Below, piece after piece: positions 20,701 through 30,288 of a DNA stretch of 64,000 nucleotides. The notes below the pieces were generated by a model. It was not told the DNA's origin. It saw nothing but the letters and a program-made list of their open reading frames with translations, and searched no databases. Position 1 is the first letter of the stretch, and each line of letters opens with the position of its first letter. The DNA comes from an uncultured Chroococcidiopsis sp. (GTDB lineage: Bacteria > Cyanobacteriota > Cyanobacteriia > Cyanobacteriales > Chroococcidiopsidaceae): positions 32,001 through 96,000 of the forward strand of contig CAXTYC010000009.1 of NCBI GenBank assembly GCA_964248365.1, written 5' to 3'. A program made the position numbers and the translations under genes.

Positions 20701-21051
20701 ATGTCTCCAACTCATCTGACACTAAACTTAGTTGAGGGTTCTGTTTCCTTTAGCTTTTCACCCCAAGCAGCGCGAGAATTACAAGCAGCAATTTCACAAT
20801 TGATGGATCGTCTCAAAATCGTTGCTACCAAAGCAGCGCCAGGTAGCAAAGCTAGCCCTCAGCCACCCCTAGAGTATCGGCACACTGGTGAAATCTTTTT
20901 AGAGGTTTTCTGCAACCCCAATATCTGGGCTAGTCCCTTTGCCGCTAAAGTCTTATTGACAGTACGGGATGCCAGCATTCGCTTAACCACAGAGGCTGAA
21001 CTTACCCGCCTGATCGAAGATCTGAATCAATATTTAGACCAAGTAGGGTAA
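20701..21051 (+). CDS. Hypothetical protein
   Basis: 116-aa ATG ORF; FLEVFCNPNIW...FAAKVL conserved-looking motif. Confidence 0.8.
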   Translation: MSPTHLTLNLVEGSVSFSFSPQAARELQAAISQLMDRLKIVATKAAPGSKASPQPPLEYRHTGEIFLEVFCNPNIWASPFAAKVLLTVRDASIRLTTEAELTRLIEDLNQYLDQVG

Positions 21052-21412
21052 TAGCGGTTAGCTATTAGCTGGCGCGCTTTTTGTCCTTTGCGTAAGCGGG
21101 TCTTAGCCTGCAAGAAGCCGCTAGCCTGCGGCTTGAAGCGAGTGCAGTACGCGTCTGTCCTTTGCTATTAGACGTATTGCCCCTTCGCGGGAAAAGGTTA
21201 AAGGAACTCGGGACTTGGGTAACTCAAAACCGAGTGCCGAGTCCCGAGTCCCGACTTCAAAAAAGAAGTCTACTATTGACAGCTGAAAGCTAAAAGCTAA
21301 AAGCTAAAAAAAAATAAGTAATGAGTAGGGCGAACGGCGGTTCGCCCGTTAAGTAATAAGTATTTGGTTTTTTCTAGTTCCACTAGTTCCACTAGTCTAC
21401 TTGCCACTATTT

Positions 21413-21646
21413 TTAGTCATTATCCCAGTCTTCTCTGCCAATTAGATCGCCGATGCGATCGCGCAGCAAAAAGTCACATTTTTCTAGTTCACATTCAATA
21501 CAAACCCACTCCCTTGCTGGAATATATTGGCAAAGGGTGTAGATCGGCTGCTGTCGGCTGACCACTCCTTTTTGCACCAGTTGACGGGCTTCATCTTGGA
21601 TTACGTCCAAAGAGTAACGGATTGGTTGCACCGTATTCACGCTCAT
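21413..21646 (-). CDS. DUF4327 family protein
   Basis: YSLDVIQDEARQLV...SRQQPIYTLCQYIPAREW...IGDL. Confidence 0.85.
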   Translation of the reverse strand: MSVNTVQPIRYSLDVIQDEARQLVQKGVVSRQQPIYTLCQYIPAREWVCIECELEKCDFLLRDRIGDLIGREDWDND

Positions 21647-21968
21647 AGTTTTAACCTAAGAATTTATGGTAGTACTGCGTTCAACACTCACAAGGATCAC
21701 AGACAGTTAGGATTCGGCTTCGATTAGAAAATTTGTAGTTCTATATACTGAATCTTTTTCATTTTGGCGCTAAACGCTCTATATTTATATTAATAAACAT
21801 TGAGCAAGTCAGCAATTCTTGACAAATTCGTTACTTAATGCTCAGGCTTAGAAACTTCTACAAATAAGCAATTGCAAGCTCTTGAATTTTATTTTTCCGA
21901 GTTTGGGAGCAGATTAAGATACCGATAGTTATATCTTGAGGTGAGCAAAAATGGGCAATAAATCCTAC

Positions 21969-23576
21969 TTAAGGTAGAAAAATAGGTATCTCTAGTAGTG
22001 TTTGCATGGCGATTTCCTGGGCGGCAGGCATTTGTCCATAAGAAAAAACACAAGGAACCGATGGTAGTACTGGCAGCAATTGATCTAGGACATAGGGACT
22101 ACCATAAACTACTAATGCTTGTAAATTACCTAAAGTTAATAATTTCTTAGTCCAAGCTTGCGCCACTTCTGTTAAGCCAGCACTACCTCGGAAAGGATTA
22201 CCGCGAATGAATAACTGAAGCAGGGTAGGTTGATTGTCATCGGGATAAGAAGTGATTGGTGTGTGGAGATCGCAAAGCCTGGTAGTATAGCCAATACGCG
22301 CAGGGAGGGCGATCGCCGGAGCTTGTTTACTCAAGAAATCACATCCTAAAACTTCGTCCACCACAATCAAGTTGCGTCTTGCTTGAGAAGGAGTTGCAGA
22401 TTTTTCGATCTGCCTTGGCATTGCACCATGAATTACCTGGGATTGACGCAAAATATTTTCAACAACAGCAAATGCACTCGGCTGCGCCAATTGAGAAATT
22501 AAATCTCTAACTTCTTTTCTGCTTTCCTGCTTCGTCTCACCTATTACCTTGCGTTTAGCTTTCCAAATCCGCTCAACTGTTGCTCGAATTCGCTCTAGAG
22601 GAATGCGATCGCTCTCTACTGCTGCACACACAGCCCTAATTGCTCCTTCGGGATCAACGGGCATGAGTAAAATATCTGCCCCAGCTTCGAGTGCTAAGAC
22701 AGGAGCTTCAGTTGCTCCATAGCGATTGGCGATCGCTCCCATTACCAGAGCATCTGTTACAATTAATCCTTCAAAACCTAGCCCATTTCTTAGCTGTTGA
22801 GTCAAAATTCGCTCAGACACAGTAGCTGGATATTGATCATCCAGGCTGGGAATAAGTAAATGGGCGCTCATGACTGCATCCACATGAGAGGCGATCGCTG
22901 CTTCAAAAGGTGGCAGTTCAATTTCAGCCAAACGAGTAGGTGAGTGGTGTAACACTGGCAGATCCAAATGAGAATCAGTAGCAGTATCACCATGACCTGG
23001 AAAATGTTTAGCCGTAGTCAAAACGGGATAGTTTTGCGCTCCCCGAATAAAGGCAGTTGCTAGCTGGCTGACTTGTTCTGGAGTGTCGCCAAAAGCACGG
23101 ACGTTAATCACAGGGTTATCAGGATTGTTATTAACGTCCACAACGGGAGCAAGTACCCAGTTAATACCAATAGCTAGGGCTTCGGAGGCAGTAATAGCTC
23201 CCATTTGAGTGGCATAGTGTTGAGCCTCGTTTGGGTTGTGCTGCGCTATAGCACCTATAGCCATCGGTGGCGGAAAATGGGTAGCTCCCGAAAAGCGCTG
23301 TCCTACACCTTCTTCGATATCTGCTGCCACAAGTAGAGGAATTTTTGCCCAGCTTTGTACTTGTTGCGATCGGATCGCCAGTTCGCCAGCACTACCACCC
23401 AGGAAAATCACACCACCTACACCCATATCTTCTATTAAGTAACGCAGAAGGGCTGCTGGTGGTTCCCAGGCTGGATATTGAATTTGGTGATCGAACAGAT
23501 AGCCAGAAGCTCGTACTACCACCATTTGAGCTACAAGTTCGGCAAGAGTGAGAGAGTCTAAATCAGGTAGCGGCAT
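21969..23576 (-). CDS. Glycoside hydrolase family 3 (NagZ/beta-glucosidase-like)
   Basis: AADIEEG, LAPVVDV, KHFPGHG...DSH, TDALVM. Confidence 0.92.
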   Translation of the reverse strand: MPLPDLDSLTLAELVAQMVVVRASGYLFDHQIQYPAWEPPAALLRYLIEDMGVGGVIFLGGSAGELAIRSQQVQSWAKIPLLVAADIEEGVGQRFSGATHFPPPMAIGAIAQHNPNEAQHYATQMGAITASEALAIGINWVLAPVVDVNNNPDNPVINVRAFGDTPEQVSQLATAFIRGAQNYPVLTTAKHFPGHGDTATDSHLDLPVLHHSPTRLAEIELPPFEAAIASHVDAVMSAHLLIPSLDDQYPATVSERILTQQLRNGLGFEGLIVTDALVMGAIANRYGATEAPVLALEAGADILLMPVDPEGAIRAVCAAVESDRIPLERIRATVERIWKAKRKVIGETKQESRKEVRDLISQLAQPSAFAVVENILRQSQVIHGAMPRQIEKSATPSQARRNLIVVDEVLGCDFLSKQAPAIALPARIGYTTRLCDLHTPITSYPDDNQPTLLQLFIRGNPFRGSAGLTEVAQAWTKKLLTLGNLQALVVYGSPYVLDQLLPVLPSVPCVFSYGQMPAAQEIAMQTLLEIPIFLP

Positions 23577-23734
23577 ATTGAGGGGCTAGGGGCTAGGGGC
23601 TAGGGGAACTAGGGGCTAGGGGGAGCAAAAGGGAGCAAAAGGAAGCAAAAGGGATAAATTATGCATTACCTTTTTCCCCTGAAGCCCCTGAATGCCCCCA
23701 AAAGCCCCCAAAAGCCCCTTCCCCTTTCCCCTAA

Positions 23735-24148
23735 TTATTCCTCAGCTGAGATATCATCATCATATTCATCTGTGTCTTTCTGTGTATCAGGACGGCGATC
23801 GCGGCTTAGCTGGTTGATCAGTGACAGCACTTTAGTGCCGCGTTCTATCGAACGATCTTCGACAAACACTACTTCTGGTGTGCGACGCAGACGAATGCGA
23901 TGCCCCAGTTCGCTGCGGACGTAGCCTGTAGCTGACTTTAATCCTGCCATTGTTTCTGCCCTGGCTTCGTCTGTGCCGTAGATGCTGACATAGATTTTGG
24001 CGTGTTGTAGATCGCCTGAAACGTCTACATCAGTAACACTAACCATTCCTGCGCCTACTCGGTCATCTTTGATGCCATTTAGCAGCATTTGGCTTACTTC
24101 GCGTTTAACTAATTCGGCAACGCGGGCAACACGGCGATTCGTAGCCAT
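23735..24148 (-). CDS. rbfA: Ribosome-binding factor A
   Basis: [31 protein letters not shown]. Confidence 0.97.
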   Translation of the reverse strand: MATNRRVARVAELVKREVSQMLLNGIKDDRVGAGMVSVTDVDVSGDLQHAKIYVSIYGTDEARAETMAGLKSATGYVRSELGHRIRLRRTPEVVFVEDRSIERGTKVLSLINQLSRDRRPDTQKDTDEYDDDISAEE

Positions 24149-24230
24149 GACAACTCCTCTGTACTATTACTTGAAATTGAACTGGTAGAGCTAGAGGATG
24201 TGTACAATGCATCTACCAAGATTATCTAGT

Positions 24231-24440
24231 CTAGAAGACTGGACTTAAACCTAGCATGGCTCGGAGGGTGAAACTGATGAATAAGAGCAGCCCAATGAAG
24301 AAGCCCACAACTGCGATCGCACTTACTGGGCGCTTAAATAGGGGATTTAGGGGCGCGAAGGCGTTCAAGAATACCCCCAGAATAATTGTGATGAAGTAGC
24401 GGAAGTAGCGAGATATATATGCCCATAAGCTGCCAAACAT
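24231..24440 (-). CDS. DUF751 family membrane protein
   Basis: SRYFRYFIT...FTLRAMLG; upstream of rbfA. Confidence 0.85.
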   Translation of the reverse strand: MFGSLWAYISRYFRYFITIILGVFLNAFAPLNPLFKRPVSAIAVVGFFIGLLLFISFTLRAMLGLSPVF

Positions 24441-24535
24441 CTGATTATAAACCTTTTCTATCTGTTAAAAATTTTTGTGCTTTGAATTATGTTTATTGTA
24501 ATATAGCAATCCCACCAATGAGGAAAGGAGTAGGG

Positions 24536-24599
24536 AGGGGCGGGTTTAAACTTGTTATCTATTTGTTCACAAGTATGTCTAATAAACCCGCCCGTACGG
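24536..24599. repeat. REP-like palindromic element (intergenic copy)
   Basis: GGGCGGGTTTA...TAAACCCGCCC arms; close inverted homologue at 52944-53008 inside cobN. Confidence 0.8.
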
Positions 24600-24685
24600 G
24601 AATAGGGAGAAATACTAATTACCAATTACCAGCTACCAGTTACCAATTACCAAATTAAAATTGCTATAGCTAAGTTTAAAATTTC

Positions 24686-25522
24686 ATGTTCACTCAATAT
24701 TTGCTACCAATTTCTCCCCGTCCATTTCTCAAATGGGCTGGTGGTAAAAGCAAACTTATTTCCCAATATATTCCCTATTTTCCTCCACACTTTGAAAAGT
24801 ACTATGAGCCGTTTTTAGGTGGGGGCGCTGTTTTTTTCTATTTAGCTAGTCATCAAACAAGTTTTAAGGCACTTCTCACAGACATCAATTCTGAATTAGT
24901 TAATGCTTATTGCTGTGTTAGAGATCGCGTTGATGAATTAATTTGTTTGCTAGCAGAGCATCAACTACAACACAGTAAAGACTATTACTATGAAATGCGA
25001 AAACAAAAACAAGGCACTTCTATCGAAAAAGCTGCTCGTTTGATATATTTGAATAAAACTTGTTTCAATGGTCTATATCGAGAGAATTCAAAAGGGGAAT
25101 TTAACGTACCCATAGGAAAATATAAAAATCCTACAATATGTAATCCTGAAGGGCTGCGTTTAGTTTCGATATCATTACAATCAGCCTCGCTTGAGGTAAG
25201 ACCTTTTGATGCTGTTTTAGATTATGCCAATGAGCAAGATTTCGTATACTTTGATCCGCCTTATTATCCGTTAAGCAATACTAGTAATTTTACAGCTTAT
25301 AGTAGCTTTTCTTTTAATGAAAACGATCAAATTAGATTAAAAGACACATTTACTCTCCTTGCTAGGCGAGGAGTTAAGGTAATGTTATCTAATTCTGATT
25401 GTACCTTTATTCGAGAACTATACAAGGGATTCAATATTCACGAGATATTAGCAGCAAGGGCGATTAATTCTAATGCAAAAAAGCGGGGAAAGATTACAGA
25501 AGTTTTGATTACTTCATATTAG
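24686..25522 (+). CDS. dam: Orphan Dam-family DNA adenine methyltransferase
   Basis: KWAGGK, EPFLGGGAV, FNGLYREN, DPPY; no adjacent endonuclease. Confidence 0.9.
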   Translation: MFTQYLLPISPRPFLKWAGGKSKLISQYIPYFPPHFEKYYEPFLGGGAVFFYLASHQTSFKALLTDINSELVNAYCCVRDRVDELICLLAEHQLQHSKDYYYEMRKQKQGTSIEKAARLIYLNKTCFNGLYRENSKGEFNVPIGKYKNPTICNPEGLRLVSISLQSASLEVRPFDAVLDYANEQDFVYFDPPYYPLSNTSNFTAYSSFSFNENDQIRLKDTFTLLARRGVKVMLSNSDCTFIRELYKGFNIHEILAARAINSNAKKRGKITEVLITSY

Positions 25523-25725
25523 AGATTGTTGTTGATGCTAGTAAATTATTAGAAGGTGGGCATGGGTGGTATACAGTTACTTCATATTTAAAAATTATTA
25601 TTCGTCCATGCAATAGAAGTTGTTGATGCTAGTAAATTATTAGAAGGTGGGCATGGGTGGTCGCATCATATTAGAGATTGTTGTTAAAATTACGAAATTC
25701 CTAGAAGGTGGGCAATGCCCACCCT
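25509..25725. repeat. Mosaic direct repeats downstream of dam
   Basis: Identical 43-mer GTTGTTGATGCTAGTAAATTATTAGAAGGTGGGCATGGGTGGT at 25528-25570 and 25619-25661; TCATATT (dam 3' end) three times; third partial TAGAAGGTGGGCA. Confidence 0.85.
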
Positions 25726-26026
25726 AATTAAGGTTTATATTAACTTTTTCAAAGTGTTCAACTGTAGGAAATGGGTCATAGAAGTGGTGCAGCATTTTTT
25801 TCCACTGTTGATATTTAAGAGAGTTTCTAAATCCAACTGTATGAGCTTCTAAAGTTTCCCATCTGACAAGTAATAAATATTTTCCTTCGACTTCAATGCA
25901 TCTATGAAGTTCGTGAGATAAATAACCCTCCATAGATGAGATAATTGTGGAAGCCTGTTTGAAAGTATTTTCAAAATCAACTTCTAAACTCTTTTTTACA
26001 TTAAGCATTACTGCCTCAAGAATCAT
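25724..26026 (-). CDS. Antibiotic biosynthesis monooxygenase (ABM) family protein
   Basis: MILEAVML, YLLLVRWETLEAH, HHFYDPFPTVEH. Confidence 0.9.
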   Translation of the reverse strand: MILEAVMLNVKKSLEVDFENTFKQASTIISSMEGYLSHELHRCIEVEGKYLLLVRWETLEAHTVGFRNSLKYQQWKKMLHHFYDPFPTVEHFEKVNINLN

Positions 26027-26125
26027 AATAATTCGTAATTGGTAATTAGTCAAAGGATAAAGTACAAATTCCAGCCGGAATAAGTAATTTGCAGGCTTCA
26101 ATGTGTTACAGATTAGACAAGTGTA

Positions 26126-27037
26126 TTACACCTTGATTACACCTTGGTCAAAAATGCGATTTTTGGTGTCAATGCCGCTGATAATTATGCGATCGCTATA
26201 TACTTCATATGCCGCAAAACTCAATAAACTTGCAGAATGCGCTGTCCAAGTAGAACGATCTACAGGGCGAATTCCAGCACCACCACCACAGATTAAATAT
26301 GTTGTGCCGTTAATTGCTTGGGTACGTTCATAGTTGTGTTCATGTCCATTGATATACACTTGCACACCGTACTTTTGGAAAAGAGGAGATAGAGTTTTGA
26401 TAAAGTCTTGATTGCTGCCATACATCCCAGATGAATAAATCGGATGATGCCCAAATACAACTTTTACTTTAGCGTTACTGCGGCTAAGTTCTTGCTCTAA
26501 CCAAGCTAACTGAGCTTTCCAATCAGCATTATGGTTAGTATCTAGGGCAAAAAATTGTACAGGTTCACGGCGGAAGGTGTAGTAACGTCCCTTCATATTA
26601 AAATTGGCATAGCCCACTTGGGGATCTCCATTGGCGGTGCGAATATCGTGGTTGCCTAAACAAGCATGAAATTTGACACCTTGCTGGAGTAAAGGCTGGT
26701 AAGGGCGCTCAAATACCGCCTCAATTTTTTCAATTTCTCCATCGTTATAAATGTTGTCTCCGGCTAGGATTGCCAAATCAAAAGGATTTTGGCGATGATA
26801 TTGCGCCATTGACGAGGCTACGGCATACTGTCCTCGATCGCCAGTGCCTGTATCCGCTACTGAAATAAACCGGAGAATGGGGGCGGTTGTGGGTGGTTTT
26901 AGGGCAAGATCAGAAGCGATCGCACTTTTAACCTGACTACTCTGTGTACTCTGATGACGCTGCATCTTCCCCCACAAAGCCAAACCAAAAACACTCAGAC
27001 TAGTTAAAAACAGAAACCGACGACGTTTGAAACTCAT
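26126..27037 (-). CDS. Calcineurin-like metallophosphoesterase with probable Tat signal
   Basis: KRRRFL; ADTG, GDNIY, GNHD, GHHP, GHEH motifs. Confidence 0.92.
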   Translation of the reverse strand: MSFKRRRFLFLTSLSVFGLALWGKMQRHQSTQSSQVKSAIASDLALKPPTTAPILRFISVADTGTGDRGQYAVASSMAQYHRQNPFDLAILAGDNIYNDGEIEKIEAVFERPYQPLLQQGVKFHACLGNHDIRTANGDPQVGYANFNMKGRYYTFRREPVQFFALDTNHNADWKAQLAWLEQELSRSNAKVKVVFGHHPIYSSGMYGSNQDFIKTLSPLFQKYGVQVYINGHEHNYERTQAINGTTYLICGGGAGIRPVDRSTWTAHSASLLSFAAYEVYSDRIIISGIDTKNRIFDQGVIKV

Positions 27038-27161
27038 AAATCACCTAAAACAAAATTAGCGCTTGGGAATTAAACGCAAAATGATAGATTAAGGCTGAAG
27101 GACAGCACTCGTAAGAATTTAACTCATTTGTGTCTGTTTAGCTGTCTTCTAGGGAGAATTC

Positions 27162-28142
27162 ATGTCACAGTCACCACCAAATTCTCAACCACCATCACCT
27201 GAACCGGAACCACAGAAGGCGACAACCCCCACAAGGCAGGTATCTGTACCTGCACAGACACAAGGAAACACCTTCCCAACTGTGCTGAAGACTCAAACGA
27301 TCAAAATTTTGCGTGGCACAATTCGGGTATTAGAAGGGGTAGTAGTGAAGCTGGAAGCAGAACCAGGACAAACTACCGAGCCAAGTTGGTTTGATAAACT
27401 GCTAATTGCGTGGAGCGGTATTTTAGCAAAAATCCGCTCGTTATTGCCGCAAAACCTATCTTCACTTTCAGACACTGCTTTAACTAGCATCATTGCTATA
27501 GTTTCTGTAATTCTGGTTTGGACAACTTCGTCTGTCTTATCTGGAAAGCCGTCTGAAGTAGTAGCAACTGCTCCTCCTCCTGAACCAGCCTTAACCCCAA
27601 CTATCACTACTCCAGAACTTGAGCCAACCCCAACCCCAACTATTCCTACACCAGAACTTGAGCCAACCCCAACCCCAACTATCACTACTCCACCAGAGCC
27701 AGATACCCCAACCGTTGCTACTTCACCCCAGCCGGAGCCAACCCCAACGATTCCTATTCCACCAGAATTAACAACACCTGACTCAGAACCACAGCCCATT
27801 GAGGTGACACCTTTACCAACCCCAGAGCCAGTTGTAGAATTAACACCAGAACAGACTTTGATTGCAGCGATTGAAAATCAAGTAGCATTAGTTAGCGATC
27901 GCTTTGCTGACGGATTAATTCAATCAATTCAAGCCAATTTTGAGGGTAGTAGTCTAACGCTCAAAGTCACTAATGATTGGTACAATCTCAAACCATCCCA
28001 GCAGGATAAATTAGCAGCACAGATGCTAGAACAATCTAAGCAACTAGATTTCACCCGCTTAGAAATTACCGATTCCCAAGGAACACTACTAGCTCGCAGC
28101 CCCGTAGTAGGTAAAGATATGGTGATCTTTAGGAGGGGCTAG
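27162..28142 (+). CDS. Pro/Thr-rich membrane-anchored hypothetical protein
   Basis: One TM segment; PELEPTPTPTI repeats; C-terminal LLARSPVVG. Confidence 0.8.
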   Translation: MSQSPPNSQPPSPEPEPQKATTPTRQVSVPAQTQGNTFPTVLKTQTIKILRGTIRVLEGVVVKLEAEPGQTTEPSWFDKLLIAWSGILAKIRSLLPQNLSSLSDTALTSIIAIVSVILVWTTSSVLSGKPSEVVATAPPPEPALTPTITTPELEPTPTPTIPTPELEPTPTPTITTPPEPDTPTVATSPQPEPTPTIPIPPELTTPDSEPQPIEVTPLPTPEPVVELTPEQTLIAAIENQVALVSDRFADGLIQSIQANFEGSSLTLKVTNDWYNLKPSQQDKLAAQMLEQSKQLDFTRLEITDSQGTLLARSPVVGKDMVIFRRG

Positions 28143-28322
28143 GGGCTGGGGACTAGGGGCTAGGGAAAAAGACGCAGGGGACAAGGGGACAAGGGGACAA
28201 GGGGGGAAATTACCTTTTACCTTTACCCTTTACCCTTTTACCTTTTCCCCTTTCCGTTTACCGCAATACCTCTTTACCCTTTACCGTTTTTTCTAGCCTC
28301 CAGCCTCTAGCCCCTGGTTCCT

Positions 28323-28829
28323 CTAGCCCCTCACGAAGGTTTCCTGTCGAAACTGTTTAAATCCACGATTGAGATAGTTAGATAGTGCTGCTGGATGATC
28401 CAGAGTGCAGGTATGCACCCAAATGCGATTAGTGGTTTTCTCCCAAGCCTGCTTTGCTGCAATTGTGAGCAGATACTTACCTATACCACGCCCGATAAAC
28501 TCCTCAAGTAGCCCGAAGTAGGCAATTTCAACTGAGTCATCCTCATGTTGGCGTAGCTCAAAGTAACCGCCTGGTGCGCCCGCACAATAGAGTACCCATA
28601 ATGTGATACTTGGTTGTCTTAGGTAGGCGCGAATCTGCTCATTCGTCCAGTCGAGTCGATCTATCCAGTGATAGTTGCGCCCAACTTCGCTGTATAGATA
28701 ACGAAAGAAAGAGGGCGGACACTCAACAGCCTGCTCGATCCTTAAACGATTATCTGCCAGCCTCGCTCCTTTTAGCTCATGGGGCGAAACCATTTGGAGG
28801 TAAGTGCGTGTGACTTCGATGTTACTCAT
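28323..28829 (-). CDS. GNAT family N-acetyltransferase
   Basis: EIAYFGL, GRGIGK, WVHTCTLDHPAAL..Y..RGF. Confidence 0.9.
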   Translation of the reverse strand: MSNIEVTRTYLQMVSPHELKGARLADNRLRIEQAVECPPSFFRYLYSEVGRNYHWIDRLDWTNEQIRAYLRQPSITLWVLYCAGAPGGYFELRQHEDDSVEIAYFGLLEEFIGRGIGKYLLTIAAKQAWEKTTNRIWVHTCTLDHPAALSNYLNRGFKQFRQETFVRG

Positions 28830-28930
28830 CCGTTCCATTTTTGCTAACAAACGTTAACAATAACTTCCTGCTTCAACCAAGGATGTCGGCATCTTCTTGT
28901 CCACAGGCATAAAATCCGACTGAACTAGCC
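28830..28930 (-). ncRNA. Predicted TnpB omega/reRNA scaffold (5' boundary uncertain)
   Basis: Overlaps the tnpB 3' end up to the element end; pairing segments CCTG/CAGG, GTCGG/CCGAC, CAAG/CTTG. Confidence 0.6.
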
Positions 28931-30002
28931 GTATTAGGTTATAACTGGCGTTAAGATCTCTGTCACAGCGCCAGCCACATTCGCACTTCATTTCTCTTAA
29001 AGATAGAGGTAATTTATCTTTAACTTGCTGACAGTTAAAACAAGTTTTAGAACTAGGAAACCATCTATTTGCCAGAATAAGAGCACTACCATAAGCTTTC
29101 GTTTTATACTCAAGCTGGCGGCGAAACTCATAAAATCCAGAATCGCTAATAGCCTTAGACAGTTTCCCGTTCTGCAACAGCCCACTTACATTCAAGTCTT
29201 CTATGACAACTTTACTGTGGTTTTTAGTTAATTTTGTTGTGAGCTTATGAATGAAGTCAAGACGAATGTTGCCGATACGAGCGTGAAGCCTAGCTATTTT
29301 GATTTGCGCTTTTTTCCAGTTATTAGAGTATAATTGCTTGTTTCTATTCCTCCACTGCAAAAGAGCTAGCTTTTTTTCTAAAGCTTTGTATGGTCTAGGA
29401 GAATATACTTCTTCGTTTGTAGAAAGGGTAGCAAATCGTAGCAACCCTAAATCAACTGCTACAGCTTCTACTGTCTTTGGTGTGTTTTGTAGATCTGTCT
29501 CAATCTTGAAAGAGATGAACCATCGATCTGCCTGCCTACTTATAGTTACAGATTTTGGTTTAACACCTTGAGGTAGACGCTCATAGGTTTTTAACCAACC
29601 AATTACCGGAACCTTAATTCTTTGATGGTCAACTCTAATTGATCCATCAAGAGTAAACGAATCATTTCTCACTTTCTTTTTGAATCTTGGAAACCCCTTG
29701 GCTTTAAGAAAGAACTGTTTAAACGCTTCTGATAAATGCCTTAAAGCATATTGTCCTACACATTTACTAACTTCGTAATACCAGGGATTCTCCACTTTTA
29801 TAGACGCTACCAACCATTTGTGCAGGTCGATGGCAGAGGGAAAAGGAATTTTGTCTTCTAGGTTATTTCGATTGTAAGCCAACACCTCTTGACACAAAGC
29901 TAATGCCTGATTCCAAGCATGACGCGCCGTTCCCGCGTGTTTCGCCAGAATCTGTGTGTGCGACTTTTTGACCTTGATTTGAGTCTTGAATCCTAGTAGC
30001 AT
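28854..30002 (-). CDS. tnpB: RNA-guided endonuclease TnpB
   Basis: KHAGTARHAWN; FPRFKKK; RuvC D (AVDLG), E (VIEDL), D (DRDLNA); zinc finger CFNC/CECG. Confidence 0.95.
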   Translation of the reverse strand: MLLGFKTQIKVKKSHTQILAKHAGTARHAWNQALALCQEVLAYNRNNLEDKIPFPSAIDLHKWLVASIKVENPWYYEVSKCVGQYALRHLSEAFKQFFLKAKGFPRFKKKVRNDSFTLDGSIRVDHQRIKVPVIGWLKTYERLPQGVKPKSVTISRQADRWFISFKIETDLQNTPKTVEAVAVDLGLLRFATLSTNEEVYSPRPYKALEKKLALLQWRNRNKQLYSNNWKKAQIKIARLHARIGNIRLDFIHKLTTKLTKNHSKVVIEDLNVSGLLQNGKLSKAISDSGFYEFRRQLEYKTKAYGSALILANRWFPSSKTCFNCQQVKDKLPLSLREMKCECGWRCDRDLNASYNLIRLVQSDFMPVDKKMPTSLVEAGSYC

Positions 30003-30032
30003 AGAAGCATTATACCAGCATTATGCCAGCCC

Positions 30033-30179
30033 ATGTCAACCGAAAAAAAGATTACTATAAGGCTTACAGAAGAAGAGTGGGATATATTAGATGCTTATTG
30101 CAAACAGCAACTCCGAAATAAAACGGATGTACTAAGAGAGTACATCCGAAAGCTCACAAGCAAAGTGAGAAAAAATTAG
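30033..30179 (+). CDS. CopG/ribbon-helix-helix protein (48 aa; not in ORF track)
   Basis: Own translation MSTEKKITIRLTEEEWDILDAYCKQQLRNKTDVLREYIRKLTSKVRKN*: alternating beta-strand then two helices. Confidence 0.85.
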   Translation: MSTEKKITIRLTEEEWDILDAYCKQQLRNKTDVLREYIRKLTSKVRKN

Positions 30180-30288
30180 TAATTGTGAGCAAACTAGATA
30201 CTGTCTTTTAGCCTTCACTTTACTAATGGTATTCACACTCGACTTAGCACTAGTGGCATAATGGCTGCTAGTATACTGCATTCTGGCA

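Larger units (their letters stand above)
28830..30213 (-). mobile_element. Non-autonomous IS607-like element (tnpB + divergent RHH, no tnpA)
   Basis: Minus-strand right end ...GCCTGTGGAC...GCCGAC...GAAGCAGGAAG...GGAACGG at 28830; left end only inferred at a GG near 30212-30213. Confidence 0.65.

Noticed and set aside
21060..21350. tRNA or known ncRNA in the palindrome-rich intergenic region
   Set aside because: No cloverleaf or T-loop motif; consistent with nested REP/STRR repeats
24686..25522. Restriction-modification system
   Set aside because: No endonuclease nearby; an orphan Dam-type methylase is ordinary in HIP1-rich cyanobacteria
25528..25661. CRISPR mini-array
   Set aside because: Only two full 43-bp repeats, the spacer contains a copy of the dam 3' end, and there are no cas genes in the window
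27293..27799. 168-aa Gly/Val-rich minus-strand ORF
   Set aside because: Antisense shadow of the Pro/Thr repeats
28830..30213. IStron or Cas12-like CRISPR effector
   Set aside because: No room or motifs for a group I intron and no repeat array; size and motifs fit an ordinary TnpB
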